This document shows positions 9,331 through 19,647 of a stretch of DNA of 64,000 nucleotides, piece after piece (positions within the stretch are counted from its first letter, which is position 1; every line of letters starts with the position of its first letter). Origin of the DNA: Candidatus Nitrospinota bacterium M3_3B_026. GTDB lineage: Bacteria > Nitrospinota_A > UBA7883 > JBPRGF01. The translations under genes and the position numbers were made by a program. Under the pieces are notes generated by a model. That model ran no database searches and was not told where the DNA came from. It saw only the letters and a list, made by a program, of their open reading frames with translations. The DNA lies in NCBI GenBank assembly GCA_051418015.1, contig JBPRGF010000017.1, forward strand, positions 1 through 64,000. The letters run 5' to 3'.

Positions 9331-11349
9331 TCATGTTAATTCGCTTGTATCAGAGTAAATATCATATAAGAAAGCACTGCCATATGCACCAAGCGTTTTT
9401 TCGATCGCAAATAGCTTATCATTTGCATAATTATACTTAATCAAAGTATTTGTTATTTTATGCTGATCGTCAACAGGCTTTGTAAGCTTCACCCAGAGAT
9501 TCTCGTTTTGCGTGCGAGGCGCGCTTGTAGTGAAGCTAAAAACAAAATCACTCAAATCAGGCCTTATTTGAATTATCTTATCTTTCACAAAGCCGGAAAA
9601 GTAAGAATCCGGCTCTATCCGTATCGCTTTGACAATCTTAATAATTTCATCAACGCTAGACGATGAGGCCATTCGCCCAACAATTACACCAAGCAAATCC
9701 AATAGCTCGTAAAATAAATCCCTTGAAAGGATCATCAAGGCGGTATATTTGAACTCCACCTTCGAAAACCCCTTTTTCATCAGTTCTTCAAAGATTTTTG
9801 GGGACATATAGTGTTCACGAAGGCTTGGTTCGTCATCGAACCACTCTGAGGCGGCATCTTCCTGAAACCTTGAGAATAAGCGGATAACCGCGGGGTGACT
9901 TTTATTATTGATTGCATCAATTAATATATCTAACGGATTGATCCCATATTGATTATGCGCATATTTCAGTATCGGCTTTAAAAATTCTTGATTCCACCCA
10001 TACCATATTAACCAGTGAAGTGGTCGAAGAGAACGCATTTCGCTTTCACTTATTGTTGAATTTGATTGTATGATTTCCTCACTTTCTATCGCTTTAAGGC
10101 CCAGATATTCACCAAACATACCCTGCCGCAAACGGTGCTTCGTCTTTAACATATACTTTTCACGTGACGGCTCAGCTTCCATTTCGCTCCCCGGCAATAA
10201 AATTGTATTGAAAATACCAATATGATTGAATCCAAGATCAAAGCATTTCCTAAGCGTGTTCAAATGGCCAAGATAACTTTCCCCGGGAAGCCCATATAGT
10301 ATATCTGTTCGCACATGCACACCCTCTAAATTATAATTTTCTATTCTACGCGGCAGGTTTTGAAACCTTATGTTTTTTCTCTTTATGTTTTCCTGAGCCA
10401 GATCTTCAAATGTCTGAACCGCAATTAATGTATCGCCGCTGTAGGTTTTTAAAATCTTTCCAATTTCAATATTTCTCTTGGTGCTATTTTTCGCTTCCCA
10501 CATAATAATTTTCTTCAAGGAGGGAGTTTTTTCCTTTATTTCTGCTATTTTCTTGGCTATTTCAATATCGCGCTCAAAAATACCAAAATTTGCGTCAGCA
10601 ATAATCCATGAAGAGCAAATCGGATAATTTTTAGCGACATATTCCATCTCCAGATACACCTTATCAAGAGGAAATTTAAGAATTTTTCTGTTTGCGGAGT
10701 CCCCCCAAACACAATATGTACACTCAAAGGGGCACCCCCGATTGGTTTCAAAAAGGGGTATCAAACCCTTTTCTAGAGAATCATCCAAAAATCCATTGAG
10801 ATAGGGTGATGAATATGTGTCGAAACTTCCATCATGCTCTGCTGTGCGGTAACATAACTTACCGTTTTCCAGGAAGGCGCATCCGGGAACTTCGAATCTT
10901 TTCCTAGTAAATTTCCTTCCCCAATCCAAATAGGCCTTGAGAAGCATATAAAAAGGGTGCTCACCCTCAGATGGTATATAAACATCAACGTAATTGCGCT
11001 TTTCGAGGAATTCTTTCAATCCTTTTCTATCTTGACGGATAGAGGGCCCCCCCATAACAATCAGAATATCTGGATAATTATCCTTAATATAAGACCCAAC
11101 GCTAGAATTGAGGCTGCTGTTCCAGATATAATTGGAAAATCCGATTATATCCGGCTTGCCTTCTTTTAAAGCAGACAAAAGGTCGTTTGGATATTTAACG
11201 ATTGAAAACTCCACTGAATTATTCATCTTCTCGCTCGCATACGCCGCTATGCTGGCGACATTTAAGGGAACGGTATAATCTTGCATGCCAGATAGATAAT
11301 TATTGCCCTCGACGCAATTGTGGATTAAATCAGCTAATATAACTTTCAT
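9331..11349 (-). CDS. Cobalamin-dependent radical SAM protein (AT-rich gene)
   Basis: B12-binding N-terminus (GFSNYIWN, MGGP), ETNRGCPFECTYC, DANFG, YGLPGES. Confidence 0.88.
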   Translation of the reverse strand: MKVILADLIHNCVEGNNYLSGMQDYTVPLNVASIAAYASEKMNNSVEFSIVKYPNDLLSALKEGKPDIIGFSNYIWNSSLNSSVGSYIKDNYPDILIVMGGPSIRQDRKGLKEFLEKRNYVDVYIPSEGEHPFYMLLKAYLDWGRKFTRKRFEVPGCAFLENGKLCYRTAEHDGSFDTYSSPYLNGFLDDSLEKGLIPLFETNRGCPFECTYCVWGDSANRKILKFPLDKVYLEMEYVAKNYPICSSWIIADANFGIFERDIEIAKKIAEIKEKTPSLKKIIMWEAKNSTKRNIEIGKILKTYSGDTLIAVQTFEDLAQENIKRKNIRFQNLPRRIENYNLEGVHVRTDILYGLPGESYLGHLNTLRKCFDLGFNHIGIFNTILLPGSEMEAEPSREKYMLKTKHRLRQGMFGEYLGLKAIESEEIIQSNSTISESEMRSLRPLHWLIWYGWNQEFLKPILKYAHNQYGINPLDILIDAINNKSHPAVIRLFSRFQEDAASEWFDDEPSLREHYMSPKIFEELMKKGFSKVEFKYTALMILSRDLFYELLDLLGVIVGRMASSSSVDEIIKIVKAIRIEPDSYFSGFVKDKIIQIRPDLSDFVFSFTTSAPRTQNENLWVKLTKPVDDQHKITNTLIKYNYANDKLFAIEKTLGAYGSAFLYDIYSDTSELT

Positions 11350-11458
11350 GAATATCTACGCCTTCTTCAGGAGATAATGTGACCCATCGCACAATGATCT
11401 CTTCCGTCGCCATGACCCAATTTTACTTTTACCTAGTTATTATAAAAAAATAATCATA

Positions 11459-12538
11459 TCAGGCACGTTTCCATGTTTGTAGCATATTCTTTGTTGCCCG
11501 GCTCCGGTACTTTATTAGCGCCACTTTTTCCACCAAAATAACAAGTTTGGGCTTCCATGTTAGCAACCATCTTGCAATCTTTTTCATCGGCCGTGGCAAA
11601 AGCTTTGTGAGATCTTGTGCTGTTTTCATGGCAACGGCCAGAATAATGTCCTGATAGTACCCTCTTATTATAGATATGGCTTTAGTAGCGTCGCCGTGCG
11701 TTTCTTCGCATAGCGCTGTCACGAACGCGTAAAGAATCCGTCCTTTCAACCGGCGAAGTAATATCCGTTTTGCTTCCTCCTTGGCTTCGTGTGGGATTCC
11801 AGGCTCGTCGACTATGAAATGAATCGTCTCCAGGTACCCGGGCCAGAACCAGTCGAGCTTGCACCATGAGCTGTAGCTTTCCGCGTGTTCGGTAAAGTAG
11901 GCTCCCTCAAGCGCCGATACTCGAATAGGGTGGCGGACGGCGATCTTGATGAGATAATCGAGATCATTGGCGAAGTTTTGGGACATAGTGAGAACGCCTA
12001 CCTGCTCGACTACTTCTCGGCGAAACAGGATGCCTACCCAATTGAGAACACCAATAGATAACATCTGTCGCATTCCCTCGGGAGGATCATAATACCCTTC
12101 CAGCGTGGTATTGATTTGCGGCGGCCGAAGCGTTCTCCCCTCCTCGTCGACGTAATTCACCCCCATGGACACGAAATAACTTTCAGGATAGCGGTCGAAC
12201 TCCCCCACCGCCCTCTCCAGGAACTCGGAATGTAGGTAGTCGTCGTCTGTGGTCAGGGTGAAAAACGAGGCGCGAACCCTCAGCATGGCGTCGTTTAAAT
12301 TGGATATGACCCCGATGTTGGACTCGCGGCCGTGGTAGAACACGCGGGGATCACGTCTTGCGTACTCGTCCACCGCCTCCGCGGTCTCGTCGCCGGAGGC
12401 GTCGTCGTAGACATGAACCTCAAAGTAGGGGTAGGTCTGGGCGAGAGCGCTCTCGATGGTCCTGCGCAACGTGGCGGGCCTGCGGAATGTGGGGATAATG
12501 ATCTCCACTAACGGATTCCCGCTTTGCGCGCCGCTCAT
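11459..12538 (-). CDS. Glycosyltransferase family 2
   Basis: IIIPTFRR, DDASGD, NIG, TTDDD motifs. Confidence 0.85.
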   Translation of the reverse strand: MSGAQSGNPLVEIIIPTFRRPATLRRTIESALAQTYPYFEVHVYDDASGDETAEAVDEYARRDPRVFYHGRESNIGVISNLNDAMLRVRASFFTLTTDDDYLHSEFLERAVGEFDRYPESYFVSMGVNYVDEEGRTLRPPQINTTLEGYYDPPEGMRQMLSIGVLNWVGILFRREVVEQVGVLTMSQNFANDLDYLIKIAVRHPIRVSALEGAYFTEHAESYSSWCKLDWFWPGYLETIHFIVDEPGIPHEAKEEAKRILLRRLKGRILYAFVTALCEETHGDATKAISIIRGYYQDIILAVAMKTAQDLTKLLPRPMKKIARWLLTWKPKLVILVEKVALIKYRSRATKNMLQTWKRA

Positions 12539-12551
12539 ACGCCGGATAGGT

Positions 12552-13295
12552 TTAGTCCCTTACGCGCTTCAGGTAGCCGTTCGGGCTACAGGACAGCAGC
12601 AGTTTGTTGTCAAAATACTCGTCAATAACGAAGCGATCATCCTCTTTGATGAACTCGCGCAACGCCGTTTTCGGGTTGTCCCCGGGCCCCCACGGACGCG
12701 GACGGTGCTTTTGCTCCGGTATGTCCTCTACGATGGTGTCGCCGCAGACTATATAATGCCCCTTCCCTACCAGCGGCGCGTAGAGCCGCAGCTCGCGGAG
12801 AACGTGGTCGTGGGTGTGGTTGGAGTCCAGGATGACCATGTTCTCAACGCTGGGGCCGGTCAGGGCGCGCACCCTGGCGACGGTCTCCTCCTCCACGGAC
12901 GATGCGTTGATAAGGTGTATAGGCTCGGCTATCTCCCCCTTGCCGTAGACGCGTTCCCTCAGGTCATCGGGGATATAGACGTCGACGCCGATGACTTTCC
13001 CTCCTCCCCACGCCTTAATGAGAGTGGCGTAGAAAAGCAACGACCCCGCCCACGCCACCCCGACCTCTATAATGTTCGTGGGGCGCGTCTTGTATATGAT
13101 CTCCTGCATCGCGAACATGTCCTGGGGAAGCTGCAGCACCGGCTCGCCCATCCAGTTGGTCTGGTGAATCCAGTTGTACCGGTCGGCCTCCACAACCAAG
13201 TCAAGGGCCTTCCGCCGCAACCCTTCGTCCGCGGCCATCCTGCCCGCCATTTCCAGGCGCATTTTCTCGAACTCCTCGCGAGTGTACATGCTCAT
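12552..13295 (-). CDS. Cephalosporin hydroxylase (CmcI)-family protein, probable sugar O-methyltransferase
   Basis: WMGEPVLQLPQD, IIEVGVAWAGSL, LDSNHTHDHV, PWGPGDNP. Confidence 0.88.
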   Translation of the reverse strand: MSMYTREEFEKMRLEMAGRMAADEGLRRKALDLVVEADRYNWIHQTNWMGEPVLQLPQDMFAMQEIIYKTRPTNIIEVGVAWAGSLLFYATLIKAWGGGKVIGVDVYIPDDLRERVYGKGEIAEPIHLINASSVEEETVARVRALTGPSVENMVILDSNHTHDHVLRELRLYAPLVGKGHYIVCGDTIVEDIPEQKHRPRPWGPGDNPKTALREFIKEDDRFVIDEYFDNKLLLSCSPNGYLKRVRD

Positions 13296-13298
13296 TCC

Positions 13299-14255
13299 TT
13301 ATCTTGTTGAGAAAGCGGCCCTGTTGGCCCCCTTCAGCATGTTTATAGTGTTGGCTATCTGCGGGTCGAGTCCGCCGGTGAACGTGAATCCCAGGCGGGT
13401 GAATTTCTCGCGGCTGACATTGTACGACAACTGGTTCATGATCCTCTCTTCGACGAATGTGACCTTCAGCTCAGGCACGTTCGCCCTGATGGCCCTGACG
13501 ATCTCGGCGACTGTTGTGTTGAGGGTCAGAACATTATATATCCCCCCGTCGTGGATCCTGTTCCTGACAAGAAAGACTATAGCCGAAACCGCGTCCTCGA
13601 GGTCCAGATAGGGGCGCGCCTGATTGTAAGCCGTTTTCCACACTGTCAGGGGCCGGCCCATCACGGCCTGCCAACAGAACTTGTTGACGGCCGTGTGAAA
13701 CCGCATTCCCGGAGAGGGGCCGAATATGGTACCGAACCTGAGAATCGCCGTGTTCAGGCCCTCTTCCCGGCTCATTCTCGTCAGAAGCCCCTCCTCGCGC
13801 AGCTTGGTCTCCGCGTAGGGGCTTTGGGGCTTCAGCTCCGAGGCATCGCAGTTTTCATCAACCTCTTTCTCCTGCGTTCCATATACGCTCGTGGAGGACA
13901 GGCTGAACAAGGCCGCGCCAGTTTTCAAGCAGGCTTTCGCCACCCGCTCGGTGGCGAAGTAATTCTCCCTTTCAACCTTTTCGCGCATGGCGAAGCTTCC
14001 CGTGGCGTCGGTGATGGCGGCCAGGTGGACAACCGCCTCCGCGCCGTCGAGGACGGGCTCCAGGTTCATCGTGAGGACGTCGTCCTCAAGAAAACGGTAG
14101 CGCCCCCGCTCCGGCAGGTGGAAAAGAGAGGCAAACCGCTGGGTCATCATGTTGTCGATCATGACGATATCGTGATCGGGGAAATCGGCCGGCAACGCCC
14201 GGATCAGCCGGGACCCTATATGCCCCAAAGCGCCCGTCACGACAATCTTGCCCAT
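13299..14255 (-). CDS. NAD-dependent epimerase/dehydratase (extended SDR)
   Basis: TGALGHIG, HLAA, SSTSVYG, YAETK. Confidence 0.88.
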   Translation of the reverse strand: MGKIVVTGALGHIGSRLIRALPADFPDHDIVMIDNMMTQRFASLFHLPERGRYRFLEDDVLTMNLEPVLDGAEAVVHLAAITDATGSFAMREKVERENYFATERVAKACLKTGAALFSLSSTSVYGTQEKEVDENCDASELKPQSPYAETKLREEGLLTRMSREEGLNTAILRFGTIFGPSPGMRFHTAVNKFCWQAVMGRPLTVWKTAYNQARPYLDLEDAVSAIVFLVRNRIHDGGIYNVLTLNTTVAEIVRAIRANVPELKVTFVEERIMNQLSYNVSREKFTRLGFTFTGGLDPQIANTINMLKGANRAAFSTR

Positions 14256-14257
14256 GA

Positions 14258-15265
14258 TTACCGAAGATAATGGCTCAGCCGGGGCCGGAAATAATCGGCG
14301 CAAGACGCCAGCCCGTCATCCAGGCCCGTCGCGGGGGACCAGCCAAGAGCGTTGACGATCTTGGCGTTGGAAATGACGGCGTCGCCGAACTCAATATTCC
14401 TGCGGTACTTGGGCCACGGGACGCGCCGAACTCCTCCGCCTATGATGGCGGCGGTCCGCTCCGCTATCCCGGCCACCGAGTAGTGATCGTCCCCGGCGAC
14501 GAAAAAAGTCTCGCCGCTGACCCCTTCGGCGACGGCCAACCGCAAAAGGGCCTCCGTGACATCGTCAACGTAGATGACGTTTCTCTTCTGCGCTCCATCG
14601 CCGAAGACGGTTATGTCCTTGCCCTGCAACGCAAGGCCGATGAAATAGTTGTTGAACGTGAACTCCGGGCTGTGGATCGAGGCCCGCGGGCCGAAAACAT
14701 TGGACAACCGCCCCACTACGGAGTTGATCCCGTGGGAGTGGGCGTATATCAAGGCGTATTTTTCCGAGACGCTTTTGTTGGCCGAGTAAATATCGGTGGG
14801 GAACTCGGGGTGGTTCTCATCCGCGGGCTGGTACCTCAGGAGCCCGAGCTGGGTGGTCGTCCCAAGGTGCACAAGGCGCGCCCCCGGATTGAACCTGCGC
14901 AACGCCTCGCACAGGTTGATTACGCCGCGGCTGTTGACGTCCAGGCTCAGCCACGGTTCGCGCATGGAATGAGGGTGAGATGTGGACGCGGCGCAGTTGA
15001 TCACTATGTCCTTCTCAACGATATGGGCGCTGAGCATCTCGAAGTTCAGAATATCATGAAAAGCCAGCCGCAGGTCGTCCCGGAAGCCGGAGATGTTCTG
15101 GATGTTCCCGCCGGAGTTCGGGTCTAGATTGTCGTAGACGGTAACATCGGCGCCGCCCTTCAAGCAGGCCAGCGCGAGGTTGCTGCCTATGAAGCCCAGC
15201 CCGCCCGTTATCAGAACCTTTTTGCCGAAGACGCCGGACGCGCCGGCGGAAGCGCTCTCAGCCAT
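14258..15265 (-). CDS. NAD-dependent epimerase/dehydratase (extended SDR)
   Basis: TGGLGFIG, YSANK, NVFGP. Confidence 0.88.
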   Translation of the reverse strand: MAESASAGASGVFGKKVLITGGLGFIGSNLALACLKGGADVTVYDNLDPNSGGNIQNISGFRDDLRLAFHDILNFEMLSAHIVEKDIVINCAASTSHPHSMREPWLSLDVNSRGVINLCEALRRFNPGARLVHLGTTTQLGLLRYQPADENHPEFPTDIYSANKSVSEKYALIYAHSHGINSVVGRLSNVFGPRASIHSPEFTFNNYFIGLALQGKDITVFGDGAQKRNVIYVDDVTEALLRLAVAEGVSGETFFVAGDDHYSVAGIAERTAAIIGGGVRRVPWPKYRRNIEFGDAVISNAKIVNALGWSPATGLDDGLASCADYFRPRLSHYLR

Positions 15266-16376
15266 GATTAAGGATTATCCTGATCCCTGCGGCGACGAAA
15301 TCCACCTGCTCCTCCGTCATCGTCAGCGCTCCGGGAAGGTTTATGCCGCGAGACGACACGTCGTAGGCTACAGGGTTTCTCGGCTCGTATACCTCCCGCA
15401 TCCCCGGATACGCGGGCAGGGAGGAGAGGGGATAGAAGAACGGCCTCGACGGGACGCCGGCCTCCCCCAGCCTCTCCATCGCCTTCAGCTTGGACATGTT
15501 GTGACTCCTGCCGAAGACCAGTCCGGTGATCCATGCGCCGTTGACGACATGCGGGGGCTCGGGGTTGAATGAGAGATCGGGAACGTCCGCCAGCTTCCGG
15601 CGGTACTGATCGAGCACCCATCGCTTCTTCGCCACCAGATCATCAACCCTCTGCAACTGGGCGTAGCCTAGGGCCGCCTGCACGTTGAACGGCATGTACT
15701 TGAACGTGACCTCGTAATTGTAGTACATCGGCCCGTCGGAGCGTCGCCCGTGATCGCGCAGGAAAAAACAGCGCTCATAAAGATCATCGTCATCCAGAAG
15801 AAGCATGCCTCCCTCGCCGGTCACGATGGTCTTGGTGCGATGAAAGCTGAACACCGAGCCTATGCCGAATTTCCCGGCGCGCGCCCCACGATATTTGGAG
15901 CCGACGGCCTCCGCCGCGTCCTCTATCAACGGGACACCGTGGCGCTCGCAAACAGCCTGGAGCCTGTCCATGTCCGGCATGTTTCCGAAAAGATCGACAG
16001 CGATAACCGCCCTAGTCCGCGGGGTGATGGCCCGCTCCACGGAGTCCGCGTCGAGACACCAGTCATCCCCGTTGATGTCGCAGAAGACGGGGGTGGCGCC
16101 CACGTAAGCAACCGGCGCCGCGGTGGCTATCCATGTGCATTCGGGCACTATCACCTCATCGCCTTTCGTAACCCCCATCCCGGCCAGAAGCAGGTGCAAC
16201 GCCGTGGTGCAGTTGGGGGTCATCAGGGCGTGCCTGCGGCCGACGAGCGCGGCGAACTCCTTCTGGAAAAGCTCACAGTATTGATACGGGTTTTCGTACC
16301 AGTCGCGCATGGCCTTCTCGACAGTCGATATCTCGTGTTCCGTGATCCACGGCCCGGCCATGTGAATCGTATCCAC
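15258..16376 (-). CDS. DegT-family aminotransferase (perosamine-synthase-like)
   Basis: EDAAEAVG, FSFHRTKTIVTGEGG; GTG start at 16376 with GGAG upstream (start uncertain). Confidence 0.88.
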   Translation of the reverse strand: MDTIHMAGPWITEHEISTVEKAMRDWYENPYQYCELFQKEFAALVGRRHALMTPNCTTALHLLLAGMGVTKGDEVIVPECTWIATAAPVAYVGATPVFCDINGDDWCLDADSVERAITPRTRAVIAVDLFGNMPDMDRLQAVCERHGVPLIEDAAEAVGSKYRGARAGKFGIGSVFSFHRTKTIVTGEGGMLLLDDDDLYERCFFLRDHGRRSDGPMYYNYEVTFKYMPFNVQAALGYAQLQRVDDLVAKKRWVLDQYRRKLADVPDLSFNPEPPHVVNGAWITGLVFGRSHNMSKLKAMERLGEAGVPSRPFFYPLSSLPAYPGMREVYEPRNPVAYDVSSRGINLPGALTMTEEQVDFVAAGIRIILNHG

Positions 16377-16656
16377 CTCGCCTAGTCTCCAAGCTGGAAC
16401 AGGTTGCTCAAAAGGGCGGCAACTCATGAACGAGTCAAACAACAGAATGTAAAAGTATATATCGCGCCTGGCGCGAATGGCAATATGCCGTTTACCGTTT
16501 GCGCGGGTTGAACCACCCCTGGTTTATGATTTGAGGAGCTTCAAAGCCCTTTCCTCAATCCTGCCTATTTCAACTAAAATATCCCCAAGTATTGATTATA
16601 TCAGGAGTGAACCGCCCCGGTATTTCCGGAGACTCCATTATTTGAGAGGATGGATT

Positions 16657-17879
<1,223 letters not shown>

Positions 17880-17963
17880 CTCAAACAACCAGGTCTCCGG
17901 AGAACCCGGGGCGGTTCAGTTCAATATTTTTTCCGATGACTTATTGGGCTTCATTGGGAAAAA

Positions 17964-18353
17964 TCAGGCTCTCAGTTTTCCTGAATTCTCCTCAAACCAT
18001 TTAGCAAGCTCACTTTCCGATACGGCCCCATCAGCCAGATCGAAAAAGACACTCGCCGCTTCCGCCTCGGGAGCGTTAAGCTCCCAACCATTCAAATATA
18101 AAAATGCGCCAGAGACAACGAGAGCCGCACGCTTATTCCCATCAATAAACGGATGGTTTTTGATTACGCCAAACGCATAAGCTGCCGCCAGCTTAAAAAC
18201 AGACGGGTTTTCATACGAAACCAAATTCTTTGGCCGGGCCAATGCCGAATCCAGCATTTTCTGATCCCTTATCCCAGACGCCCCTCCATGTTCTGCAATC
18301 TGCTCAGCGTGTATTGCCATGACAGCATGTTTACTAATCCACCTTATTTTCAC
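17964..18353 (-). CDS. doc: Doc (Fic/Doc) type II toxin
   Basis: HPFIDGNKR motif, GIRD...LDSALARP. Confidence 0.9.
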   Translation of the reverse strand: MKIRWISKHAVMAIHAEQIAEHGGASGIRDQKMLDSALARPKNLVSYENPSVFKLAAAYAFGVIKNHPFIDGNKRAALVVSGAFLYLNGWELNAPEAEAASVFFDLADGAVSESELAKWFEENSGKLRA

Positions 18354-18574
18354 TTGGCGAGCTTCCGAAGCGAATTGCGATATTTCCTCGAGATATGCTC
18401 CGCGGCCTTCATCTCTTCCTCAAACGCGGGGTTGTACGGGCTGATCTCATAGCCATCCGGAGTTTCTGTCATGCTTAGCGTATCGCCTTTTTTCACCCTA
18501 AGATGGGAAAGGGCTTCCTTGGGAATGACAATGCCCGTAGAGTTGCCTACTGTTGTGACTTTGAGCTTGATCAT
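18350..18574 (-). CDS. AbrB/MazE-type antitoxin
   Basis: LKVTTVGNSTGIVIPKE; 4-bp overlap with doc. Confidence 0.88.
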   Translation of the reverse strand: MIKLKVTTVGNSTGIVIPKEALSHLRVKKGDTLSMTETPDGYEISPYNPAFEEEMKAAEHISRKYRNSLRKLAK

Positions 18575-18769
18575 TTGTTCATTCAGCCTCGAATTCGTGT
18601 TTATAACAAACATTATAACACTGTGACAAAATCGTGACAAAAATCAGCGAAACACATGGAAATCATCTAAAATAATGTAATAAATATAATGCCCACAACC
18701 CGCTGGATATCAAATATATAGGGGAAACCAGGGCCAAAATCAAGCCCTTGAAAAATCGTCTATTTTCGG

Positions 18770-18814
18770 TTCGCAACGCTGAGGTCACGGGTTCGATCCC
18801 CGTCTGCTCCACCA
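18770..18814 (+). tRNA. 3' half of tRNA-Ala(CGC) (fragment; probable att site)
   Basis: TTCGCAA anticodon loop, CGCTG, AGGTC, T-arm ACGGG-TTCGATC-CCCGT, CTGCTCC-ACCA; no D-arm or acceptor 5' half upstream. Confidence 0.85.
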
Positions 18815-19026
18815 TTTCCCCATTTTTTTACGGTTTCCCGGCGCTGACGGTCTGCGCGCCGCCGGTGATCGCCTCCCCTGGCGCTGACAATTTTTGTAAT
18901 AACCGCTGATTTTGGGAATTTTTTTATACTCCCGCAAAGGACGCAGGCCAGGCGCCCAGCCGCAACTGCGATCTATGTCACCTTGAAACAAAGAGTTGTC
19001 GCCATATCGCTCCTTGCCTCCATTGT

Positions 19027-19042
19027 TGGCGCGATGTTTGCA
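19027..19042 (+). promoter_or_regulatory. sigma54 -24/-12 promoter
   Basis: TGGCGCG-ATGT-TTGCA vs consensus TGGCACG-N4-TTGC(A/T), 60 bp before an ATG with SD. Confidence 0.7.
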
Positions 19043-19102
19043 AAAAGTATTGCCGTGTGACGTATCCGCCTCTTGAAACGTCAGCCTTTGGAGGATAGGA
19101 AA

Positions 19103-19270
19103 ATGGAGGAAAGCAGAAAAAGGATGCTGGCTCCCCGCGGCGTCTGCAAGCATTGCGGCGGCATAATGCGGTATTATCGAGGCTCCACCTCCTGCCTCAT
19201 GTGCGGGCGCGAGGGGGATCACGAGTGTCCCCATTGCCAGAACACGGAAAGGCTCAGAAAGACAGCGTAA
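19103..19270 (+). CDS. 55-aa Cys-rich Zn-ribbon microprotein
   Basis: GGAGG/AGGA SD; CKHC...CLMC...HECPHC. Confidence 0.7.
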   Translation: MEESRKRMLAPRGVCKHCGGIMRYYRGSTSCLMCGREGDHECPHCQNTERLRKTA

Positions 19271-19475
19271 GCTCCGCAAATTGAGCCATAGACCTGGGGC
19301 CGCGCATCGGTGATCCGCAAAGCGCCGGGCGCGGCCTTTTTCCTCCGGGCCGCGCCGGGCTCGTTATCTTTTCCAAGCGCGGCATAGAAGGCTATAATAA
19401 TCATTCATGGAAAAGCAGCCGCGGCGCGCCGGGCGCGCGGGTGGCTGAGCATGGCATCAAGGAGGAGTTTTTCCC

Positions 19476-19646
19476 ATGAGTGATGACATCCACTGGACGG
19501 AGGAAGCGCTGAAAACCCTGGAGAAGGTCCCCGGGTTCGTCCGGCCCATGGCCAAGACGATGATAGAAAACTTCGCCATGGAAAAGGGCGTCAAGGAGGT
19601 CACCATCGATATCATGAAGGAAGCCCGTGCAAAGTTCGGGATGTAA
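19476..19646 (+). CDS. 56-aa stand-alone PCP_red-like protein (absent from ORF track)
   Basis: AAGGAGG SD; MSDDIHWTEEALKTLEKVPGFVRPMAKTMIENFAMEKGVKEVTIDIMKEARAKFGM fits the WTxEA..L.KVP.FVR pattern. Confidence 0.82.
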   Translation: MSDDIHWTEEALKTLEKVPGFVRPMAKTMIENFAMEKGVKEVTIDIMKEARAKFGM

Positions 19647-19647
19647 G

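Noticed and set aside
16524..16595. Minus-strand peptide [23 protein letters not shown] resembling a MshEN-type fragment next to the IS
   Set aside because: Bounded by stops on both sides, no start codon, too short to support
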